Source of the DNA: a virus
Taxonomy: Duplodnaviria; Caudoviricetes
DNA: 64,000 nucleotides
Strand: one strand, 5' to 3'
Virus record (IMG/VR): IMGVR_UViG_3300021256_002372
Coordinates: 61,540-125,539 of that record
Under the pieces are notes generated by a model. It did not search any database. It was not told where the DNA came from and saw only the letters and a program-made list of their open reading frames with translations. Of this stretch, positions 58,001 to 64,000 are shown in pieces (within the stretch, counting starts at the first letter, position 1; each line of letters begins with the position of its first letter). The position numbers and the translations under genes are program-made.

Positions 58001-59964
58001 TCTGGTCGGTCATCACAACTGTATGGCAGACGATCTACGACATCATCTCTCCGCTGCTGGACGCTTTCCGCTACCTGTTCGAGACGATCTTCGAGGCGAT
58101 TCAGATCCTGATCGGCAGGGCGATGGACTGGGTACACGAAAAGATCACGGCGATCTGGAATGCAATTGTGGCTTTCCTGACTCCGATTTTGGAAGGCATT
58201 TGTGACTTCTTCCAGACCATCTGGAATGCGATCAGCACGACCGTTTCTACGGTGCTGGATGCGATCTACAATGTCATTATGACGGTGTGGAACGCTGTAT
58301 CCGGCTTCATTTCGTCTGTGTTGAATGCGATCTGGTCGGTGATCTCCAGCATCTGGGACAGCATCCACCGCCACATTTCCAATACACTGAACGCCATTTA
58401 TGCGGTCGTTTCAAGTGTATGGAATACGGTCAGCGGATTTATTTCCGGTGTGCTGAATACGATCTTCGGCACGGTCTCCTCCGTATGGAACAGCATCAAG
58501 ACCACCATCACAAACGTAATGAACGCTGTTAAGACGGCAGTTTCTAACATCTGGGACAGCGTGAAAAATGCCGTGACGCAGAAGATCACGGCGATCAAGA
58601 ATACCATCGTGGGCGGCTTTAATGCCGCTGTCAGCTTCATCAAAAATCTTGCATCGCAGGCATTCCAGTGGGGCGCAGACATCATTGACGGTATCGTCGG
58701 CGGCATCAAGAACTGTATCGGCAAGGTGTCCGATGCGGTCAGAGGTGTGGCGGATAAGATCCGCTCGTTCCTGCACTTCTCCGTGCCGGACGAGGGGCCG
58801 CTGGCGGATTTCGAGAGCTGGATGCCGGACTTCATGAACGGTCTGGCGGAAGGCATCAACGCCAACGCAAGTGTTGTGACCGATACGCTGACCAATTTCG
58901 CCAACGGTGTGACCGAGACGGTCAAGAACATCATCACCAAGACGCTGGACGGTATTGTGAATATCACTTCTGGCTTTATGGATCAGGTGTTCGCAGTCAT
59001 CAAGACGGTATGGGACGGTGCAAAAAAGACCATTGATACGGTGATGAACCAGATCATAACTGGTGTTACGGGTGGTTGGAAAAATATCGTTTCTACGATT
59101 AAAACGGCACTTGAAAATATCAAAACAGTCATCACCACAACTTGGAAAGCCGCGGCGACTGTCATCGAATCTGCGTTGAACGGTATCAAAAAGATCGTGA
59201 CGGCGGTCTGGGCGGCGCTCAAAACGCTCATCAACACTGGGCAGCTTGACATCAAAAATGTGATCTCGACAACGTGGGGCGCTGCGAAGGACGTTGTGAA
59301 TGATGTGCTGAGTGCGATCAGAACCGTGGTGCAGTCTGTCTGGAACGCAATGCCTGACATTGTGCGAAACCCGATGAATCAGGTAAAGGACGCAGTGCTG
59401 TCTATCTGGGACGACATCCGGGACGGCATCGGCGACCGGCTCGGCGGTGTGCGTGATGCTGTCAACAATGTCATGGGTGCGGTCTATGACGCCGTCATGG
59501 ACAAGGTGAACAATTCTTGGTCGTGGGGACGTGACCTCATCCAGAACCTCGTCAACGGCATCCGCTATCTGTATGCGGACGTGGTGAACGCCGTTGCGGA
59601 CGTGGCGAATGCGATCTGGGAGTACCTGCACTTCTCCGTGCCGGAAAAAGGACCCCTGACCACCGTGAATGAGTGGATGCCGGACTTCATGAAGGGGCTG
59701 GCAGACGGCATTGACCGAAGCCGAAAATATGTCGAAAAGGCTGTTGAAAGCGTGTCAGGCGCAATGCAGCTCTCCATGCAATCAGGTCTTGAAATGAAAC
59801 TGGACGGAATTTCAGGTGCAATGCTGGACGGCGGCGCAGGCGGTACTGTCATCAACAATTATAACAACGATAACAGCCGCACAGTGAATCAGACCAATAA
59901 TAGTCCGAAATCGCTGTCACGGCTGGAAATCTATCGTCAGACGCGCAATGCGCTGAATGTGTGA
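55084..59964 (+). CDS. Tail tape measure protein (TP901-type core)
   Basis: 1626 aa; TKFSASEAADAMNYMAMAGW, GIKGSQAG; 11-residue W/F repeats. Confidence 0.95.
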   Translation: MANRIKGITVEIGGDTTKLSKALEGVNKNIRNTQTQLKDVEKLLKLDPTNTELLSQKQRLLADAVSSTSDKLETLKKASEQAAKTKDNYDAWKAKYDPLKQKITETETKLADLKEQAKTADEQLAKGEISQEKYDALQREIKETTDELSGLRQQAKDVSDEFGHPISPEQYDSLQREIIETEQELQNLQREADNSRTALVKIGEAGESMEKVGDKIAGVGTNLTKYVTAPILGLGTAAVKTTADFDASMSKVSAVSGATGEDLEELRAKAREMGSQTKFSASEAADAMNYMAMAGWKTTDMLDGVEGIMNLAAASGEDLATTSDIVTDALTALGMSAEDSAHFADILAAASSNANTNVSLMGESFKFVAPVAGAMGASAEDLSIALGLMANSGIKGSQAGNSLKNALVNLVKPTDKQAAAMENLGLITTETVNVIDQAEVDKAMAKVESKTIDVQKAQIAYNDAVEKYGAESSQAQTKMLNLQKVENALTAAQEELTKAQQGTIETVSTGQSAFVDEYGNMKSLGEIMNILRQNLGAVNVDLVDSEGNLREYDDIIAELESTEEGLTQAEQLKNAAIIFGKQNLSGMMAIINATEEDYNKLTDAIYGCEGTAQNMAETMQDNLSGQLTILKSQLQELAISFGDLLMPTIRAIVSKIQAFVDKLNALSPATKETILKIALVAAALGPLLVGIGKTISTVGKLMQLISKMPQIIASCKAVFAKLGAAIGGISAPVVAVVAVIAVLIAAFKHLWDTNEDFRNKITAIWKQIKGAFEKLTSGIVDRLNGLGFDFKNIGEVIHAVWEGLCNYLAPVFETTFKIIADVLSAAVDIILGIVDVFIGIFTGDWDKAWTGIKELFSGIWDAIVGILDGALNLLCNLFGTDLETVKSFWTDVWTNIKAFFVNIWNSITGFITGVLNGIKTFFTNVWTTIKDFFVGIWTAIYNSVAEKIELIRFVITTVWNAIYTTISTVLNAIWSVITTVWQTIYDIISPLLDAFRYLFETIFEAIQILIGRAMDWVHEKITAIWNAIVAFLTPILEGICDFFQTIWNAISTTVSTVLDAIYNVIMTVWNAVSGFISSVLNAIWSVISSIWDSIHRHISNTLNAIYAVVSSVWNTVSGFISGVLNTIFGTVSSVWNSIKTTITNVMNAVKTAVSNIWDSVKNAVTQKITAIKNTIVGGFNAAVSFIKNLASQAFQWGADIIDGIVGGIKNCIGKVSDAVRGVADKIRSFLHFSVPDEGPLADFESWMPDFMNGLAEGINANASVVTDTLTNFANGVTETVKNIITKTLDGIVNITSGFMDQVFAVIKTVWDGAKKTIDTVMNQIITGVTGGWKNIVSTIKTALENIKTVITTTWKAAATVIESALNGIKKIVTAVWAALKTLINTGQLDIKNVISTTWGAAKDVVNDVLSAIRTVVQSVWNAMPDIVRNPMNQVKDAVLSIWDDIRDGIGDRLGGVRDAVNNVMGAVYDAVMDKVNNSWSWGRDLIQNLVNGIRYLYADVVNAVADVANAIWEYLHFSVPEKGPLTTVNEWMPDFMKGLADGIDRSRKYVEKAVESVSGAMQLSMQSGLEMKLDGISGAMLDGGAGGTVINNYNNDNSRTVNQTNNSPKSLSRLEIYRQTRNALNV

Positions 59965-59988
59965 CGGGGTGGGCTTTTGCCTGCCCCA
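59965..59988. terminator. Stem-loop between convergent TMP and chrA genes
   Basis: GGGGTGGGC-TTTT-GCCTGCCCC. Confidence 0.55.
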
Positions 59989-59992
59989 ATTA

Positions 59993-60571
59993 TTATATCA
60001 GTCCGAATACTACAATTCCTGTTAATGCTGATATGCCAATCAATCCAATGGGAGAAATTCCGTTTTTCAGGAATTTGAGTTTCAGCTTTTTTGAGCCGAA
60101 ATACAAAACGGCAAGGAAAGCGGTTATCAGTAATGCGGTTATATTCAAAGAATGTTCCTGCTGTGTACGGATGCACTGCTGGATTATCATGAAAACACCA
60201 GTTGCAAGAATGATTCCGATGATACAGGGCTTTATACCACGCAGAGCCGCCTGCACATAAGGATTTTTCAGCAGCTTATTCAGCACAAGCATAATCAACA
60301 GAATGATTATGAATGACGGCAATGCAACTGCTATTGTGGCAATGACAGCACCAAGAATACCTGCCTGTGAATTTCCGACAAAGGTTGCAAGGTTCACCAT
60401 GATCGGACCCGGTGTACTTTCACTGACAGCAATCATATACGCCAGTGAATCATCATTCATCCAGTTATTGGACAGGACTGTGTCTCGTATCAGTGGAATT
60501 GCACCGTATGCTCCGCCGAATGAGAAAAGTCCTACCTTCAAGAATTCGATAAACAGTTTCCAGTATATCAT
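59993..60571 (-). CDS. chrA: Short-chain chromate transporter (ChrA family) subunit
   Basis: FSFGGAYG, ESTPGP, LPSF. Confidence 0.9.
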   Translation of the reverse strand: MIYWKLFIEFLKVGLFSFGGAYGAIPLIRDTVLSNNWMNDDSLAYMIAVSESTPGPIMVNLATFVGNSQAGILGAVIATIAVALPSFIIILLIMLVLNKLLKNPYVQAALRGIKPCIIGIILATGVFMIIQQCIRTQQEHSLNITALLITAFLAVLYFGSKKLKLKFLKNGISPIGLIGISALTGIVVFGLI

Positions 60572-61134
60572 TTACCTGCGCCTCCTTTTTTCTTAATCAT
60601 GAAAACAGAGAGGCTTATCACTGCGGCAGCAAGCATCAGCGCAATTGAGGAAATCTTCAATGCAAATATGTCAATCAGCATCATGCAGATAAAAGCGCAG
60701 CCCATAATGATGCAGGGAAACGGCTTCTTTTTCATTTTCTTGATCATCTTGATTCCGGCATCCAAAATCAGAATACCCACGGCGCATTTGATACCCATAA
60801 AAGCGTGAGATATCCAGCCGATATCGAGATAATTATCCAAGATGGTGGAAATCAGAAGAATGATAATAAAGGACGGGAGAATCATTCCCAGTGTAGCAAT
60901 CACAGCACCAAGCAGTCCTTTTTGCTTATAGCCAACATAGGTGGCACAGTTTAATGCAATCGGTCCGGGTGTTGATTCAGCAATTATGGTAATGTCCATC
61001 ATTTCATCGCTTGTGATCCATTTTTTCTTTTCAACGCAGTTGTCTTCAATGATAGATATCATCGCATAACCGCCGCCGAATGTAAACAGTCCGATTTTTG
61101 AAAATGTCAGAAACAAGTCTAACAGCAGATTCAT
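60568..61134 (-). CDS. chrA: Short-chain chromate transporter (ChrA family) subunit
   Basis: FTFGGGY, ESTPGP, LPSF. Confidence 0.9.
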   Translation of the reverse strand: MNLLLDLFLTFSKIGLFTFGGGYAMISIIEDNCVEKKKWITSDEMMDITIIAESTPGPIALNCATYVGYKQKGLLGAVIATLGMILPSFIIILLISTILDNYLDIGWISHAFMGIKCAVGILILDAGIKMIKKMKKKPFPCIIMGCAFICMMLIDIFALKISSIALMLAAAVISLSVFMIKKKGGAGK

Positions 61135-61168
61135 ATTTTTCGCTCCTTTTGCCTATACCCAATAGAAT

Positions 61169-61197
61169 ATTATACACTATCCGCCATGAAAAAGCAA
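61169..61197 (-). promoter_or_regulatory. Sigma-A promoter TTGCTT-N17-TATAAT for the chrA pair
   Basis: Near-consensus boxes on the minus strand; AAGGAG RBS downstream. Confidence 0.7.
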
Positions 61198-61209
61198 GGA
61201 GGTGCAACT

Positions 61210-62067
61210 ATGTTTTTTCGCCTTATTTTAGAAAACGCAAATGGTGACCGAGTGGATATGACCACGACCGCCAACCAGTATATGACCTCAAAGGTTGAAG
61301 GCTTGAATCCTCCACCCGGCACAATCAGCACCTCCAGCTATGCCGGCATGGACGGAAGCTATCTGAACAATGCCTTCATCGAAAAGCGGAATGTCGTCAT
61401 TTCCTTCGAGATGCGGGGCGTGGGCGTAGAAGCCCGCCGTCATCAGCTTTACAAGGTGGTGAAACCGAGCCGCTATGTCAAGGTCTACTACAAAACGGCG
61501 GGCATTGATGTGTTCACGGAGGGCTACGTCGAGACCTGCGAGGTGAACAATTTTGAAATGCTGACAACGGGGCAGATCTCCATTCTCTGTCCCGATATTT
61601 ACTGGTATTCGACCGAATCGGTCATGGCGTACTATTCGCAGATCACCGGCGCTTTCACGTTCCCGTTCCCGACCGAAAGCAACCCGGAGCCTTTTGTGCT
61701 GGGTAAGTACAACTCCAAAAACATGATGGAGATCATCAATGACGGCGATGAGACCGGATTTACGCTGGAGATAGAGGCGATCGCCGATGCACGTTCTCCT
61801 ACGCTCTACAACGCCGACACGGACGAGTACCTGCAAATTTCCGGTGACATCCTCACCGGCGACATCATCACGGTCACGACCAAAACAGGCAACAAGACCG
61901 TCACGCTCGACCGTGGCGGTGTCAAGACCAACATCATCAATCGGCTGGTGTCCGGCTCGACTTGGCTCACGCTGCGTGAGGGCAAAAACAGATTCTATCT
62001 TCGCGGCACAGGTCTGCAAAATCTGAAAGTGACCATCGTCCACACAAACGCTTATCTGGGGGTGTGA
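61210..62067 (+). CDS. Distal tail protein (Dit)
   Basis: Follows TMP; GLNPP..GMDGS..KRN..CPD.YW..WLTLREGKN. Confidence 0.85.
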   Translation: MFFRLILENANGDRVDMTTTANQYMTSKVEGLNPPPGTISTSSYAGMDGSYLNNAFIEKRNVVISFEMRGVGVEARRHQLYKVVKPSRYVKVYYKTAGIDVFTEGYVETCEVNNFEMLTTGQISILCPDIYWYSTESVMAYYSQITGAFTFPFPTESNPEPFVLGKYNSKNMMEIINDGDETGFTLEIEAIADARSPTLYNADTDEYLQISGDILTGDIITVTTKTGNKTVTLDRGGVKTNIINRLVSGSTWLTLREGKNRFYLRGTGLQNLKVTIVHTNAYLGV

Positions 62068-62068
62068 T

Positions 62069-63178
62069 ATGCAAATTGAAGTTTACAGAATGGACGCTGA
62101 GGCGGACAGCCTGACGATCACCCTCGAAGCAGTGTGTGACAGCTTTTCCTCACTCCTGTGGGATATTGAATATTATCAGTGCGGCAGCTTTGAGGTGTAT
62201 ATCGCAGCCAACCCGGAGAACCTTGCGATTTTTCAGACAGGCAGAATTGTAGGCAGAGATGATGACAGTCAGCATTTCGGCATGATTGAGTCCGTACAAA
62301 TCGAAACCGATGCAGAGAACGGCGACTACCTGACAGTAAGAGGCAGATTTCTCATGTGCCTGTTGGAGCGCCGCATCATTCATCCGACATACAATGTCAC
62401 GGCACAGAAGCCATACAGCGATATCATCCGTGAAGTCGTTACACAAAATACGATGCTATCGGATAACCGCCGCATTCCCGGCTTATTACTCGGCGCAGTA
62501 TCGGGTTCTTGCTGGGAACAGACCACAACGCTGCAAGTATCCTATGAAAACCTGATGGAATGGTTATACACAATCTGCGAGAAGATCGGCGGCACTGCAA
62601 ATATAAGGCTTGTGAAGGATATCGGTGAGACTTATAAAATGGTGCTTGACCTTGCAGAAGGCACAGACCGAAGTCTGTTGCAGGAGGACAACCCACATAT
62701 CATTTTCTCCGACGCTTACAGCAATCTGCTGTCTTTTTCCTACGCTTCGGATACTGCAATCACACGCAATTTCGCCTACATCTACGGTCACGGCGAGGGC
62801 GCAGAACGGAAGAACACCACATATTGTGTGGATGCCGAGCCGACATATCTCGACCGCTACGAGTTGTATGTGGATGCGAAGGATATCTCCGAGGAGGAAC
62901 AGGTCGAGGGTGAGACTGTGCCAATTCCGGAGGAGCAGTATATTGCGCTGCTGAAAACAAGAGGCTCAGAAAAACTGGTCGATCCCAAAACTGCATCAGA
63001 ATCGGAGATCGCCGCCAATTCCACACAGTATGTCTATAACCGTGATTATTATGTCGGTGATTATGTGACAGTCGAGCATAAGCGATTTGGCATGATACAG
63101 CCAAAAGTGCAGCTTATCGGTATGATCGAGGCGTTTGACCAGAACGGGCGCAGCCTGACACCGACATTTAAGGAGTGA
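62069..63178 (+). CDS. Siphovirus Gp37-like baseplate hub (Tal-type)
   Basis: FSSLLW..Y..CGSFE..LERRII..RYELYVDAKD..DYYVGD. Confidence 0.85.
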   Translation: MQIEVYRMDAEADSLTITLEAVCDSFSSLLWDIEYYQCGSFEVYIAANPENLAIFQTGRIVGRDDDSQHFGMIESVQIETDAENGDYLTVRGRFLMCLLERRIIHPTYNVTAQKPYSDIIREVVTQNTMLSDNRRIPGLLLGAVSGSCWEQTTTLQVSYENLMEWLYTICEKIGGTANIRLVKDIGETYKMVLDLAEGTDRSLLQEDNPHIIFSDAYSNLLSFSYASDTAITRNFAYIYGHGEGAERKNTTYCVDAEPTYLDRYELYVDAKDISEEEQVEGETVPIPEEQYIALLKTRGSEKLVDPKTASESEIAANSTQYVYNRDYYVGDYVTVEHKRFGMIQPKVQLIGMIEAFDQNGRSLTPTFKE

Positions 63179-63183
63179 TTTTT

Positions 63184-64000
63184 ATGGCTTTTTCAAGCGG
63201 ATTTTTCAATTCAAAAGGACTCGACCGAACCTACACAGCCGAGGACTTCACAAGCTATCTGTCGAGCATCATCTGTAACGGCATCCTCGACACCTACGGG
63301 CAGATGTTCAAGCTGACGGCGGCAAGCAGCGGTCTGAAAGTAAATCTCGGCACCGGCAAGGCATGGATCAACGGGCATTATTTCATCAACGATGCGAGGT
63401 ATAGCATCGACTTATCTGAGTATATGGACGAATCCCTGCCGAGATATGTGGGCATTGCAATCTATCTGGATACCACAGAATCCGTCCGCAGCGTCACGCT
63501 GAAGCTGTTTCCCGGAACGCCTGCGGAGAGTCCACAGCTTCCCTCTATCCCGCAGGACGCTGACCATGTGCGCCTTCTGATGTATGCCGTGCGCCTGAAT
63601 CCGGGGGCGACCGAGCTGACGGAGCGTGACTGGTACGACTACCGTGAGGACAGGAACGTCTGCGGCTATTGCAGGTGTATCCTCGGCAAATGCAAGGTGA
63701 CGGATATGTTGGCACAGCTTGCGCAGATCACGGCGGAGATTCAGGGCTACAATGACACCGTCGCCGAGCTGACCAACAAGGTCGATACGCTCCAGACGGA
63801 GGTCGATGACATCATCGGCGGCATCGTGGAGATCGGCTCCTGCGGTGAGAACATCCACTATGTTCTGTACGAGAACGGCAAGCTCCTGCTGCACGGCAGC
63901 GGAGAGACATTCGACTACGAGATCGGGCAGTCGCCTTTCTGGGAGAATGAGAATATCAAAAGCCTTGTGGTTTCGGACGGCATTACAAAACTCGGAAACA
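63184..64000 (+). CDS. Baseplate/receptor-binding protein, truncated by the window end, entering BspA-like LRRs
   Basis: MAFSSGFFNS..RTYTAEDF N-terminus; ends GSCGENI..GKLLLHGSG..IKSLVVSDGITKLG. Confidence 0.75.
   Translation, partial: MAFSSGFFNSKGLDRTYTAEDFTSYLSSIICNGILDTYGQMFKLTAASSGLKVNLGTGKAWINGHYFINDARYSIDLSEYMDESLPRYVGIAIYLDTTESVRSVTLKLFPGTPAESPQLPSIPQDADHVRLLMYAVRLNPGATELTERDWYDYREDRNVCGYCRCILGKCKVTDMLAQLAQITAEIQGYNDTVAELTNKVDTLQTEVDDIIGGIVEIGSCGENIHYVLYENGKLLLHGSGETFDYEIGQSPFWENENIKSLVVSDGITKLGN

Larger units (their letters stand above)
200..64000 (+). mobile_element. Temperate siphovirus prophage (HK97-type head, long non-contractile tail); ends not resolved in the window
   Basis: Co-oriented replication, packaging, head and tail modules in canonical order; the last tail gene runs off the window; left boundary is approximate. 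Confidence 0.93.

Overview
The whole window is one temperate siphovirus prophage with an HK97-type head, probably from a Clostridia or Ruminococcus-like host (inferred from gene families and GGAGG RBS / sigma-A promoters). The integrase, lysis genes and both att ends are not visible. Gene order, left to right: two tandem sigma-70 region-4 regulators; a replication module (DUF2800 nuclease, DUF2815 SSB, family A DNA polymerase, DUF932, VRR-NUC, SNF2 helicase, orphan MazF, P4/D5 primase, ori-like repeats); metK; HNH and a cos-like region; about 22 kb of cargo; then terminases, a PAPS-reductase-like gene, portal, Clp protease, capsid, head-tail and tail genes. The cargo comprises nrdDG, four DNA methyltransferases and a 12.6 kb array of small genes. 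Three mobile elements sit in essential genes: a RIT (three-tyrosine-recombinase) element in the last codons of the DNA polymerase, a Gln1 class-3 intein in TerL, and a group II intron in the Clp protease. Two observations stand out. (1) At 29.1-41.8 kb, 14 one- to three-gene cassettes are each headed by a copy of the same regulatory module: a TGTACA dyad, a sigma-A promoter with an exact 17-bp spacer, a leader hairpin and an RBS, often preceded by a conserved GC-rich stem-loop. A 15th copy lies inverted at the end of nrdG, suggesting a shuffleable phage gene-cassette system. (2) An 88-aa stand-alone NrdD-type glycyl-radical domain has its own promoter in the tail region and is a candidate 'spare part' for class III ribonucleotide reductase.
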